DNA of 64,000 nucleotides from Botryllus schlosseri (taxonomy: Eukaryota): contig CM119371.1 in assembly GCA_051294905.1 (NCBI GenBank), positions 27,714,001 to 27,778,000 on the forward strand, in the 5' to 3' direction. The notes under the pieces were generated by a model, which was not told where the DNA came from, ran no database searches, and saw nothing but the letters and a program-made list of their open reading frames with translations. Made by a program: the position numbers and the translations under genes. Position 1 is the stretch's first letter; the number at the start of each line of letters is the position of its first letter. Below, one piece after another: positions 14,708-29,322 of this stretch.

Positions 14708-17700
14708 CAAGAAGCTCTTCAAAGGTTAGGATATTGTAGAAAATGGCCTGCGATGTATCGCACCTTTACGAAACTGACACCGCTACTTGCATTCGTGAAA
14801 TCATGGCGAACAGACAACGTTAATCCTGTCTATCTACCTTTGTGGTATAAAAATGACCCGACAGGTACGCTTCTCCATACTTTATGACAATTCTCCAGCC
14901 ATTCGCGCCGTCAGTTGAAGCCGATATTAGTCGATCGACAAAGCATGCATCAGTACGAATGTCGCTGTAGTTACACAACGCTGCCATTCGGACATACTTC
15001 CATTCGCTTATATGATATCATTGATCATCCACAATAAAACGTTGATGTGATTCAGTATTGTAAAGTCACATTTCACCTGATCATTAGTATGATGTGAATG
15101 ATATTTGTGACGCTATGTCTGGTATGATTCGCAACTATTTGAAGGATAGCTGTGATTGCAGTGATAGGGAAAGGAAATTATTATGGGCTAGTTTATTCTC
15201 TACGTGTTCTCACTGCCCGTTGTCATTAATAGGTGGTCAGTAAAGACTTACTTGTACTTACGTGAAACTTTAAGTGGCTACGTCTACTTCTACTTAAGAT
15301 CCAGTGATGGCTACTTCGGCCATCTCTGCTCATTCTCCAATAGGTTTAATTACATGAGATATTGTGCTCTCTGTGACAATGAGCTACTCTCGGCTCCTAT
15401 CCAGTTTATATGGAGATAAGTGTACTTGATTTATGCATATATTTCTTCACGTACCTGTAATAAGTTTCATTCTCATTCCCGCACCCCTAATGGCTTTAAA
15501 CTAAGATTTTTTTGTATTTATCCTGATCTGATATTCGTATTCTGTCTGCAAAGCATGCAAGGAATGGCAACAGTGGAAAGGGCCATTGTAGATCCTATAT
15601 GCAGATCTCAAATATAGCACTGTGTCGCTATTTCCGTGTGTACATATATCTAACATTAAAACTTTGTTTGTCTACATCTACAAATATAATAAGGACTTGG
15701 AGGAAAACTTATATAATACATACGCGTGTAATCGCTTCCATCGATATGCGTAATATTATATATTATCGGGACTATTGGCACCAGACAACACCCAAACTTC
15801 GAGATCATACCGAATGCCGTATTTACAAAAAATTTATGTGATAAATCTCTGTGGTATCACGCATAAAAGGAGCGATGCCTATTAATTACATCGCAAGAAA
15901 TGAAACTGAAAGAGGCCAAGTTCATTTTCAACTGTGACATCCATATCGTGTGCAAAAGGTCGCGACGTCACAGACACTATCAACTAACGCGCACCTTGAA
16001 GTACGGTGTGATTATGTATTGTATTCTACGTGATATTCTTCATCATCGTAACCAATCCAAGGGTACATTTCCGGGAAATTGTGGAGTATAGTTTAATGTT
16101 TTCGCAGCCGACTCTGTTCTAAATTCACTCCTTGTATGGTATTGGATGAGATTATAAATACTGCGAACGTTTATTTTATCTCTGGGTCGATTTTGTGTTA
16201 TTACCAAGTCTACGTCTACGGTGGACACGTTATTCGGTAGCTACAATCATCGTTTTCACGCCGATTTATAAATATAGTCACTCGACAATTGTTTGGTTTA
16301 CCTTCACACGCGATATGAAATCCGATACCATTTCCTAACCTCAAATTTCTCCTTCATTCATCTCCCGTAATTGGGGAATACGCTAATGAGTTAGAAACGC
16401 GATACGCTTGAAGACCCGCGTGATGTCATAATCCGCAATATGACGAGAGGGAAAGAAAAAATGAGGCGCACCGCGGGGGGCGCGAAGCGCGACAAATTCT
16501 GCTCCACATATCTCTCCGTGCGTTCGGTTATCGCGAACAGTTGTAGCTGTTGAACTCCCCCGATTTCACACATTTAGGGGCTTATCCGCGGGATTATGCC
16601 TCATAGCGATTCGGTCGGCGTATAGGTGCAAACTATAAACCGATTGCGGACAACGTTGGAAACAAATGACGCAGGAGTTGCAGGCAGACGATATTTGCGA
16701 CATTTGCGGTTGCACAATCAGTGCTCGATACGCTACAGAATTTATTTTGCATCGATTCCCACAGAAGCGGGGTAATCGCGTTTCGGATGCAGCAGTTAGC
16801 GAGTAGGCAGTGCAAGGGAGAGAATTATGTATATAATATGTGTACAACAGGTTTTTGTATTGTTGTCTGATTCTATTTTATATTGCAAATACACAGGGGA
16901 AGATAGGTATTTACTAGATTTCCAAAATAGCGCGAGGTGTATATCAGGCTATCGTAACTTGGTCTTACGAGTCAACTGCTCCAATCCTTGCTGAGGGGTG
17001 AAGTAGTGCTTTTTACTGTGCCACCTTTTTGCGCGTTCTTGGGCTCGTACGCGTAAATGAATTTATCTACCAGGGTGATATTACCATTACAATTAGTGTG
17101 ATAGACTCGATTTCATCCAATTGGAATAGGTATGAACGCAAAATTGCGGCGTTTACCGAATTGGAAATCGTTTCAACACACGATGATCGTTGACAGTGTA
17201 GCCTCATTTTGCTTTCCGCGACGTAACGTTACTATCTAGCTTCCGAATATTGTTCTATGTGTTTCGTACCATTTCCTCAGTATTACATATGCTTATGAGA
17301 AGTTTGGGTGGCTATAGTAGCTCATTATATTCACTTACGATGATAACCAAAGATAGTTTTCAAGTTCTTATTCATGTCGAAATGTGGCTTCGCGCAGCGC
17401 GCAAGTTGCTATCAACACATTTGCTAACTCAAATTCATGTAGTCCCAAATACATAGCCGAGAAAACTTAATAACAACAACTTCCTGACAACAAATGACAA
17501 TATCATAGCAAACGACTGGCGATTTATGTGAATTTTAGTGTAATTTAATACCGTCTTCATGTTGGTTGTCATTCTATCGTGGTACGTTTCGCATTTTAAT
17601 CAGCGTACATGTAAACAAATCAGAGATTAGAGATAGCCGGTATTGCGCATTTGGGAAGCGGCATTTCAATTGAACGCTGGCTAGGTTTGTTTATTGTTAT

Positions 17701-19724
17701 TTCCAGAGGGATGTAAGCATTGCTTGTTTTGAAATTCAAAAGTCGTTTCTGATCGGACCAAACCTGGGAATCATTTGTAGATACTACTGAGAATTATGTT
17801 ACCGGTACTCTGCCCAAAATGAAGGAACTTCAATATATATAGCGGAATGCTGTTCACTCTTCCAATCACGTTTTCTCGTGAATGCAGCCGGTGTAGAATT
17901 TCTTTGTTATTGAATCGAAACGTCGCTAAGCCACCGTAATCTACATCCTAATTTCACGGTAATCAACGGTAATTTCGGCGTTGTATAGATTATCAGATGC
18001 GATCGCCAACGCCTCGTGTCGGCGAGCGCGTGTATTGTTACGTAATTACTGAAAAGACAGATTAAGACCAATCATGATGCGTAAAATTTCCTTGTACCCG
18101 AGATGTCGCAAATGTTTTGTGGGTCATCAAAACAAAGATCAAACCGCCGCGAACGCCTGATCGTGTAAATACAAGCGGGCTTATTGGATAAAAACAGCGT
18201 CTGGTTGCTGTTACTGTAGCGGTGTATGCTTGAGCTGTTCAACGCTTTCACGATATGTATGGAACTCTGATGAACTGAATAGAAAGTATCTAATTCTGCC
18301 TGTCTGTATTGTGTAGAAAACTTGGGATGTTACGGAGCTATCGAGACTTGTTGTGGAAACACGGGGACATTGCTATGGTCTTTTTCCGCCCGGTAATATT
18401 AGATACTGTTTCCTGAACTTCACACTTCTTGCTTATGAATTGTTCAATCAACCGAGCGACTGGACGCTCTCATTTGTGGTTTTCTGACTGCCCATCTCCA
18501 ATATGTTGTCACATCTAACCGACATATTGAATATTCGTCTAAGTCATCGCTGGTATTAGGTCGGGTCGAATATGCGTACAGATTTATATATTCAAATCTA
18601 CCACGGCTCGCAATGCTAGTTTGGAAGTTTGATATTAGCCCAATGAGCTCGACACGAATATGACTGTGCATGTCGATTTGTGTACCTAACCCGAGAATTA
18701 TTTGTAATGGCTAGATTCGAGCGATGACAGCACATGTTCTTTACGCACTAAAATCTTATATTTTGTCATCAAAAAAAAAATATTTGCGATACCTTCTCTC
18801 CAATATGGGAGCCAAATGTCGGTTGCGCAAAAACGCTCCGCGTGTTTGGTTAAACCAGATCTGCTTGAGTTAGTGATCGTCCCATAGCATTGTCACAATT
18901 CGTTATGGAATAGTAATTGTCGAGAAATTCAAAGTCATTTCGATGATGTTTAAGGGCAAATACTTATCTTGTGGACAGATAAAGGATATCAATTGTAACT
19001 TTTCAAGTCATAGTTACTGTCAAAACTCGAATACTCGACTTGATTTTGCCGAGATCTAAACGCGAGCATATAATAACCATTCACATACCGATATGAATAG
19101 GCAGTTGGCGGTACTAAACTTCAATAATGCTTCAAGGCTGCATTCATTGCTGTATAAGTTCTTGATTTTGAAGAATTGTCGTCTGTCCCTTATCAAGAGT
19201 TAAAGGCTCAATAAGAAGCATATAAACTGAGATTCTAATGAAAACCAATTTGGCGAAGTATGGCGTGACCTTGTTATTTTAAAAATAACGCTGGACGAAG
19301 TCATCTGTACCGGTAACTATTCGATAATCATAACAGAGAAAACGCGCGAGAATTAAATTATGCACTGCTCGGACAAACGAGTGGACAGATACTTACCAGT
19401 ATACAATTGAACAATAAAGTAATATTGATATACATCCGAATATTTTTGGTTGATACTCGTTGATATGTTTTCTGGTACGTTCTTTTCTATTCTCTACTAG
19501 TTACTGGCGATTACCATTATCGAGTGTCAGTCGAAAATATTCGGGTTTATTTCAATATGAATATATTATTCAATTGTATATTGAAGTTCTGTACCTCCGC
19601 CGGCCACGCGGTAAGGACTTCGCTAATCAGCATGTTTATGTTAATACTACGCCACTTAGGTGTAGCGATGCGTTACGTGAATGTGAATTTGGAACAGAGA
19701 TGGTCAGTCCGTAACGATGTAGAT

Positions 19725-20607
19725 CAGGGGCGCCAAACATACGGCTTGCGGGCCGCATCCGGCTCCCGACGCGATTCTGAATCCGACTGCATTACATAGC
19801 ACATTTCTAACTAATGTTGAGAGTTTTAGTACGGAATTCTGTCGTGTAATCCCTGTAGACAGCAAATGTCGCGTCTGTTCACCGGCCACATTATAAGCAT
19901 CCGACACTAGTGTTGCGGTTACACTGTAGTTACCATCAGGAACCAGTGGCGACCATTGACAACCAATTCCGTGAGGGCAAAGAAGTGCACATCGAGTTCA
20001 CAGTTTTACGGAAAAATCGCCCAAAACGTAGATAGTCGCAGACGTGCAAACGTCGGTTAGAATCCGGTTTATGCAGGTTACGCGGAGAATATAATCATGA
20101 CACGAAAATAATTTAAATATCTGTGGTTGGACTCCTTTTTTGCTTATGACGTAACGGCTCCTCGGTATCCAGAGACCAGAGAAACTTAAATCGTGATATA
20201 CTAATAATGAACCGAATTTCAACGTCTGCGCTTACGGTTAAATCGCTAGAACTTCACACAATACATACGCAAGACTATATTGTCAGATTATGACTAAAAC
20301 AAAGCAATGCACATCGACGGTAAATCTGCTGTTTTAGCCGTATATATAACTATTCAACCGCGCACTCATAGTAATTTGGCCAATTCAATTGTTTCCGAAT
20401 CAAGGTGTAGGAAGAATAGAACCCTATGGTCCGTGATATACCTCAACATATCATCATGTATATAGGCTTGATGAATGAGTAGCCAAGTAAAAAAACAAGG
20501 GCATTGAATTTCGAGGCAACATTTTGGAATCATTGGACTGGTCCGGCCCGCGAGTGCTCTGAAAGTGGTAATCCGGTCCGCGGCACTGGTTGAGTTTGAC
20601 ACCCCTG
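19725..20607. mobile_element. Non-autonomous hAT element (CAGGGG TIR), 883 bp
   Basis: TIR CAGGGGCGCCAAAC / GTTTGACACCCCTG; TSD atgtagat/atgtatat (7/8); subterminal GCGGGCCG/GGCCCGCG motifs. Confidence 0.85.
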
Positions 20608-23600
20608 ATGTATATATATACTGTTTCGGAGCACTCAAGTAGGTATTGCATACATGCACTTCTTATCTAAGTGGTTATGTTTATGGACTACATCGTCTTC
20701 TATTTGAACTGTATTCAGGTAAAACTACTTGACCACCACTGATCTGGACGCAGAACTTTGTAGTGGGTATACGTAATATGCTTGCCAAACTACAGTGTAG
20801 CCCAGGCCTATATACTATACTTGGCTGATGCAATACTAGAGTAAAACTTCGATTGTATTCGTATACAGAAGGCAAGCGGACGATATAGCGAAACTGAGGG
20901 CTATAAGCCGTCTTCGCTTTACATTGTAATTACCCGGACCTCATTATTATTCTATTGGGTATGTCTCACTTTATTCAAGTGTGCGGTTGCAAGTTAATTG
21001 TTGGTAAACTAGCGTTTCCATCCATAACGAAACTTAATTCTTAATCCAAGCTGGCAGAATCCGAGAACAAACTTATTCTGCTGATTGGAGTACAGAAAGT
21101 TACCAGCCGATTTATTTTTACCGGTATCGATTCAGTGACTGCACAAATAGTTACAAAGTAACTGTCATCGTTTTGCCAGGTGTTACGCAAGCGATTGGCC
21201 TGCATTATGGCTTTAAAATTAATCTAATTTACCTCTTGTCAGGGCGGCATATTTGGAATGCGCAATCGATCGTAGCGGCATTGACCAGCGGTTTAATCGT
21301 AGCGACACTGGTTGAACCGTTCAGTAATAATTTCCAAACTTCAGTGTTATATCTATTATACTGTATATACGCATGTGGAAAATACGTGTATTTATCAGAC
21401 TGCCACCATAGCGTAAGTGCAACTAAGTGGACATAGGAATATCCATGTAGTAACGTTTGATTTCATGTCCATTTCAGTACGTCAGAGTGAGTCAAATAGA
21501 CTAATCCTTAGAAACAAAACCAATGATGTAGCATATTGGTTCTCAAACTTTTTTAGACACGCCCCCCTTTATGATAGTGAAAAATTTCGCGCCCCCTTAT
21601 CGTCATATTACAAAATGCAACCAAAATGCTAGCAATCCCAACGGATAGTTTGATGGCATGAAAGGTTAGGACTGTTGATGAGAGAATTCTCAAGTATGAA
21701 ATTGCGCTTCCTTGGGGAGGTTCACCAAAATAGATCCCGCTGCACCCCCATAGGTTATATCTTAAAAAGGATGAGCGTATATGTCCTGTTTTTATGTAAT
21801 ACCGGAATGTGTTAGATAAAAACATTTAGTATTTAAATGTTCGGTTTACCTGGTTTTCACCTTTCGCTCTGGTGAATTTCGGCGATACATACAATATTCG
21901 CTTACGGTGCGCCAACGTATCGAAAGTTATCAAATCGATCAATATCACGAGATAATTTTACCATGGAATATAATTAAATATCATAGCTGATTTTCCAGCT
22001 GTCTCATATCAGCAAATATCTACAGTATATGCAGTAGATCACAACCCACCAACACCACGAATTACCTTACCGAAAACCCGCTTCACAAGTAATCTGCATT
22101 CACGCGAGCAGTAAGCCCTTTGATATTCGGTAATAAGCGGTAATTATTATGTGCAAGCGAGATGTATTCTATCCTTATTACAAGCCGGCGCGGTGAGCGG
22201 CAGAATTCCAACCGTAAGCCCGAGTTTGTTACGAAAAAAATAAAAATAAAATCAACCTTATTCCAGCGCTGCAATGAAAGCGACACTCCCTTTCTATAAT
22301 AGCCCATTACAAAACCTATTATTAGAAATATTTTTGCGTGATGGAGCCCGCTTGATTAGTGACCTGCCCATTAAAATTATAGACGAGGCTTCTGTAGCTC
22401 GCCAACTCAAGCTCGAAGTGCTCCACTTCAAATCGAAGGCGCGTGGATCACGGTATAATTAAGGCCAGCCGAATTCATATTACTGCCAGTCGAGTTTTAA
22501 CGCCGGTAGGAATTACCGGTGAAAATCAAGCGGTCGATATCGGTCGCGTGTCGTGAAATTATTCATCAAATAGATTAAGGCCGGACAGTCAGACAATACT
22601 TTGCCTGTGCTTGTGAAAATCTAGAAAGTCACGGAGAGGACGGCGATTCGAAAAGACGTGGGGTGAAAAAACAAAACAGACATTTTACTTTGTTTTCGAA
22701 GAGATACATCTAACTGACAGGTTCCAAATTGAAATAAAGTCTTCAGGGATAAACGGGCGGTCTTGGCGAGGGTGAGAGCTTAGTTTGAGGTCGCAAGCGT
22801 ACGGAAAATGCGTCACTTAGCGACACCCTGTAGTGTATCATCGTAGCTTCCAGGAACCGTCACGTTAACATTGCGTTATTGGACCTTCTCACTAGCCCTT
22901 TTACTGCAACGCCTATTATAGAATTTGCACTCCTTTCGAATAGAATAATTTAGAAAAGTCTTCTTCGAATCAAACTTTTGATCTGGTGCACAAGGCCACA
23001 GTAGCCGAGCATCAATAAAGTACAAAATTACCGATTTCTCAAAATGGACGCCGGTGTTGTTGCGAGTAGCATTGGTTCAAGAAGCGCGGCATTTAAACTC
23101 TGTTCGAAGAGGTAGACCGTACATAGATTCCTGCATTACTATGTTTTAGGCGTATTTCGAAATTGAGATTAAAATTACAATTGAAAATGCCACTACAGCG
23201 TGACCTGGCTTTGCAACTGTGTTTTGGTGGCTGCTGTACATATGCAAGCATGATATTGGCTATCCTAAATACATGTATTGATATGTCACGAGAAGAATGA
23301 TTGTTCTCTTAACACATAAATATTGGGACTTTGGGGCTTTATAAATATAGGATCATATTTGAACTGTGATATACTCAATGTAGATTTTTCCCTACGTATC
23401 GTTGACGACATTGCTATGTACTGTGTAAGACGTACATTATGGAAACTACATGGGGTTTCTATAGTTTGGAATCAATGCTCACAACACTTCGGCAATACAT
23501 TTGCAATTCAGTAGTGGTTTGACTATAAGTTCCCTAACATGGGATATAGCGTTCGACAATATCACTGAGAATGCAATGGACATGCAATGCCTGAAGCTTT

Positions 23601-25966
23601 TTCGCTGCTACAATATAAATGTTTGTTCTTTATAGCAGAATTTCGAAATACGCTTACAATATCAAGATGCAGGAATGTACGGTCCACTTCTTCCAAAAGA
23701 TGTCTAATTCAAGTACCAAATCCTCTAATCCAGTAATTAGGCACTATTGTTTCTAAATTATTTGCTAACAAATTCTTCTGCAAATTGTGCGTAATCCAAA
23801 TAAGTGAATCAAGTAGAAGATACGGTTAATTCCGTGATGTCACATACCTTAAGCTATATATGTAATGGATTGCGGATAGAACGATTTCGTCCAACGGTTA
23901 ATGCGATTAAACCAGTTCAAGTTTTACGTCACATTATACATCGCAGTGTGCGACGTGAAGCTACTTCAATTCACGTAGATCATTTTAGATTGCATAAGTA
24001 CGCCCGAAGCTTGAAGAATATATATTTACGCGGTTATATCTGATATACCTTTTTGAATCTATCAAGTATGTACCCGTATGAGATATATACCTGCATTACG
24101 TAGCGTTAGCTCTCATTACAATGTCTCGTCAGCTCAAAATACAAGCAGCAAGGAGTATTGTGTTCTGTTTTATTTTTCTGAAGGATATGAATATTAAAAC
24201 TATTTCCTCGATAGGTTATGCATCGGAACGGCATGAAGATATTAATAAAAAACAATAACTGTTAGTATAAACTCACTGAAAGATGCCAAAACTCAAAACG
24301 CGCAATATATTTCCTTCTAAAATCTTCGACATTCTCTTTGACAAAAATCACGGGGATTACATTGACCAGCGGAAATAGTCACTGCTGAGTACTTGTACAC
24401 ATAGCCAAAATCGTTGTAATTTGTGGGATTTGAGATAGTAATCGTATCCTTCCATAATGGAGTCATCATACAGATTTTGCTTGGTAATTTGCCATAACTG
24501 TTCGTGAAATGTTAGTCTAAACTTAATATATATATTCTGGGAAAGAGTACAGTAAAGTCAGTAAGGCAGTCATGCAAAGGGGACTTACTACTCGCTAACG
24601 TTTTTCACTGGTCGACCACTTACTAGTCCGGATTAAGTCACACGGTACGATGCTCTCGGGGTTCAAATTATTTCGTATTCCTGCATGAAGAAAGAGTCGA
24701 CAGCCTTCGTGGCAAGATACATGGTATAGGTCTGATGGTACTAACGCTCGCATAAGTGGATGAAATGCGGTCTGGACCTGTTACTTACGTCTGGCATTAA
24801 TGATTTATATATAAAACGTCGTTGCTATATCGACCCTGTCTTATCACTTTACACACACATCCAGTTAGCCGCTTGCTTTAACAGAATCATTGATTATTTC
24901 CAATTTGATAAAATCAAACTAGTACACCGCAGAAAATGTATTAACTTTCTGCTGGGCCCGCCAAAGTATTTGTTGCTTCTCAATTGGCCCGCCGGGAAAA
25001 TAATTGCCCACCCCTGCTTTATGGGATATGCGATTATGGTGACTATTATTGTTGTACCATAATACTACATGCTATAAATATCTAACAGTTGTGGCGAAAA
25101 TAAAATGGGGGAAAACAAAATAATAGGTGAATCATCCCGATTCGTACTAGCCCAATTACAATGGTACAGCACATCAGATGCCGTGTTCGCGTGGACGCCA
25201 GCCAAAACCGAAAGGTTCAAAAATTTCACTCAAATCCAAACCACGCAAATTGCCACTTCTTGACATTAGTAATTAGCGATTACTTCTTGTATGGTGTATG
25301 GGAAATTTTAGGTTACGGTGACGAACGGATATCGATTGATCGGTGATTTCAAGCACAAAACGTAGGCCAAACTCACTGTAGAAATAAGGACGTTTATGAT
25401 TGAGATGGGTTGTTTTGAATGTGTGCAGAGAAATTGAATCGTAACCACCATTAGTTTCGCAGCCAGGTGTAGTCCCGTGCAAGAACCGAAACTTCCTTAC
25501 ATCATTTTGTTCAATATGGGGAACATGACATATAATTGAGGAGAGGTAAAGCACAGCAGAAACTGGTTGACCCTGTACTAATTTCAGGATATTTCCGACT
25601 TCTCTCACAACCTCTGCCTAGATGACCCTGCAATATGTGTGCAGTAGTAAGGTTCCAGGTGTAGAACACGGTCGAATTTGGACCTGCAACCTATATTATT
25701 GTTGTGTAGTGGCAATAGTATAGTGGATGTCAGATAAAGGAATATACTGTGTAACAATTGAAAGTAACTTAGGGCACCTGACTGATTCGATTCATACTGG
25801 CGTGGACACGATAGAGATAGACAGCAGAAATATATCCCTATTATGTAAAACTATCGAATAATTAAAAAAAAAACATTATTGGCCCGACATAGAAAATATT
25901 GACAGTTCCTGATCATCAAAAATAGTTCAGTATTTCAAAACCATAAACAATACACACCTTCGTGAC

Positions 25967-26407
25967 TAGGGTTGCATTTAAAGCAAAAATCAATTTAAAA
26001 CAAACATGTTTAAAACAAGGCCCTAATTTCAAACATGTTTTTTTTCGCTTTTCTTAAGTCATGACTTGAGGAATATTCAATTGTGACGTAATAGTGGATT
26101 GACATTGACAAATGAAAATATCGGGTGAATATAGCTATTTTGACGAAATATAAATACTATTAATGTTGAACCGGCTATTTTGAGGGTTTCAACCATCCCA
26201 TATCGATATACGTCGGCTATATCGGGTGGTAATCGTTCGTAGGCTCATACAACATGTTTCTGGAAGTTATTTACACACTAATAGCATAATTTTACAACTT
26301 AAAAAAACATAATTTTGTTTTATTCAGGCATTTTTGTTTAACACACTGTTCAAAACATGTTTTAAACAAACTGTTTTAAAACCCAGTTTGTTTTAAATGC
26401 AACCCTA
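25967..26407. mobile_element. hAT MITE, 441 bp, ~350 bp upstream of the first Wnt1 coding exon
   Basis: TIR TAGGGTTGCATTTAAA / TTTAAATGCAACCCTA; perfect TSD TTCGTGAC (25959-66, 26408-15); subterminal AAAACATGTTTT repeats. Confidence 0.92.
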
Positions 26408-26771
26408 TTCGTGACGATGCTATTGGTGGATTAATTTACGTCAATGTCATTTCCGTGAACATGCATAGCTTTATACTAAGTTTCAATGGTCTCACGCTTC
26501 ACACTTTCAGGTCTACATAGCTCATTACTCGAAAAAAGACTATCTCTACTCAATTCGAATCACAACAATTAATTCGCGATTCGAGTTGTCGAATCTCTAT
26601 GCACACTTACACAGCCTTAGTCTAGTCTAGACCTATGTCTCGTTTATTTAGCAATTTCGGAGATGTACAAATAAGATACATTTGTCTCACATACGAACAA
26701 GCTCATTTAGTTGTCGTTCATTGAACCCGTAACACTTTCTATCCTTACTTTCCGATTACAGCCTACGAATT

Positions 26772-27226
26772 ATGTCATGTCATGGAATCGATGTATCAAC
26801 GTCTGACTCATCCCAACATCGCGAATTATTCAATGCCCCGAAGTACAACATGACGTCACCAATGCGTCACAGAAAGTCAACTGAATGCGATAAGGACAAT
26901 AGTAATCGCGTGGTATGCAGATGCGAGAGGATACGGCATGGATTGATCAGTACCAAATCACCTGTCGTTCAATCCAAAACTGCCTCACCCTATATGCAAG
27001 TAGACTCGACACGGGATGCTACGTCATCAAGGGTCGTTACGTCATCTCCTTTAGGACATCGTAAGAGCAAAAAGAGGAAGAGGGCGGACACTTCGAATTT
27101 TTCGTTACTCCGTCACCTGCGCGCAAATATTATTCCCAAATTGTCGCCTTGGAAATTACTTCTGCTGGTGCATCTCATCGTCGTGTTAGTCCAGATCAAC
27201 AGATGCGAGTCGAGCAACAAGTGGTG
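26772..27226 (+). CDS. wnt1: Wnt1 coding exon 1 (long N-terminal extension plus signal-peptide-like segment)
   Basis: ORF ends with hydrophobic WKLLLLVHLIVVLVQINRCESSNKWW and donor TG|GTGAGT (phase 2), the intron position seen in Wnt1 (..RWW|G). It joins in frame to 35287. The exact start ATG is uncertain. Confidence 0.8.
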
Positions 27227-29322
27227 GTGAGTAACGTCTTGTCTTCTGATTTGCTTAAATGCCGTAAATGCCGGGATGTCGCGTTTTGTGATTGGAAATA
27301 TCAGAAAATCTCAACGCCTTACCCAATATACGCCTTTACGTGCTCTATCACACTGATTATTGGGAGCATAAGAAGACCAATCTGTAGTCAGCGCGGTCCG
27401 AAGGTCCTTATCCGGTGTTTCGTGGAAAACTATGGGTTCCCTAATCCAGTGTCAGAACTCAGGGGTTAAATAGAGGTCAAGACACACTGAACTTATGCAT
27501 ATGCTCTGTGTCACACTAATTTGAAATAAAACATTCATCATAATGTTTTAGTTTTATGTGAAAATGATATTTTAATGGTTATATTCTTGTAACACTATGT
27601 CAATACACAGTTCATTTTATGCAGCAGTAATGTATGATATATGTATTACGGTACAATGTAACGCTGTGTTCAAGTAAGGCTGTGAATTCCTCCTCAATTA
27701 CAGGTAGAAGTAGATTTAGTCGAGACATCTCATATACCTTCAGTATAGTCGATCGAACGTGGCTATATTTTCCACATTGTAGGGTGCATCTTGGCGACAA
27801 TCGCAAAACAACCAATGACACTACAAATTCCAGCAATTTCCTTTCTACATTACAAAATCCAACGTGTAAAAGTAGTCGAACTATGTAGTCATACTGAATA
27901 ACCACTTTTTCTGAAAAAGTAGAGGTATTACATGACGACTGTCCACTTGTCCAGTGTCCAGTGTCCACCTCTGTATGCAGGAACTCAGAAAACGAACCGA
28001 ATATGATTCTGGCAAGATCGACAACCTATTGAGAAATGATCAACGTTCAATGTGTAAACCACAAAATCAAGACTAGCATTTTGACCCCAAATTGCACCAC
28101 CTGTTTGTTTTTTGTAGTTTTTATTCAGTCATTAGTTAACGCTTCCAAATAAAACCTTATCACCGTTAGTCACGTGTTAAATTGGTAACATATTACGCCT
28201 CATACTTGGCAGAGTGGCGTTCATAACGTTGCACTGTACTGTGGTGTCGTTGCTGTAGAAAATACGTCGATCTTTAATGCCATAAATAGGCTGATTATAA
28301 GGACAGCTTTTTGTTGATTATGTCTGTTTGTCACAGGTTGTCATAAATCAAGGCAAGTTGTTTTGTTGGCCAGATCCAAGTACTATATTCCATTCCAGAC
28401 ATCTAACAATTACATGTCTATATATAGAGGGCCAGGTGTTATTGCCAATATTCAGTGATATCTAGATTTTGCTCGAGAGCCTTATTTTGATTTTGTTCTG
28501 GCCCAAACGGTAATCAGAGGTCACGTAATAAACGATTTTAATTCGCTAAGTAGTAACGATAATTCAACCACTCGAATGTAAAGACTGCGACTAAGTTCAA
28601 GGAACGGGTTGTGTCCAGTTTACAGAGAAATCACCGGATTACAAAGGCACTCCTCGTGTCATCTCTGTGGAAAACACTACAGAAAAGAATTGTACTAATC
28701 GCCCGTGACCGAGCTTATTATAATAATAAATTACGTTATAAATTAGTCGCGATACAGAGCGGTAGTATGTTAATGATAATTTACTGGAATGGATCAATTT
28801 CCATCCATTGTTTTGAGCCTTTTCCTTGAAATGCAAGGATGGGCGACGTATAGGTACATGGATCATTGAAGTAGAAGTAAATCTAATGCGCTGGAATCGC
28901 GTCAAGTATCTTAGCATCGGTTGATTTCCAAGATTGGGTATTTATAATAGACTACACTGGGTATAACTTATATTGCCGTGATGCCTATGATGCTGATTAT
29001 CGGTGCGTTGTTGTCAAGCAAATGGATTGTACGTCATGACTCCGTCACGAGTCAAGTATTATTCGAGTAGCTCATATTATGACTGTATGTCAGTAAGACA
29101 TTGAAGACTTCAACCTTGTACCTCAAGCAATCACGAAGTACATAATGCCAATTATACTTGATGGAAAATGATTGAACATTTGTAACGTCCATGCTCCAAT
29201 GTCGAAAATCGGTGCTTTTCATAGTATTGAGTTGTACGGGACAAAATATCGAATTTGACTGTATAGTCGCATCTGATAACTAGGGCAATTTTTTTGGCAT
29301 GTCAAAGTAAGCCAGAATTTTG

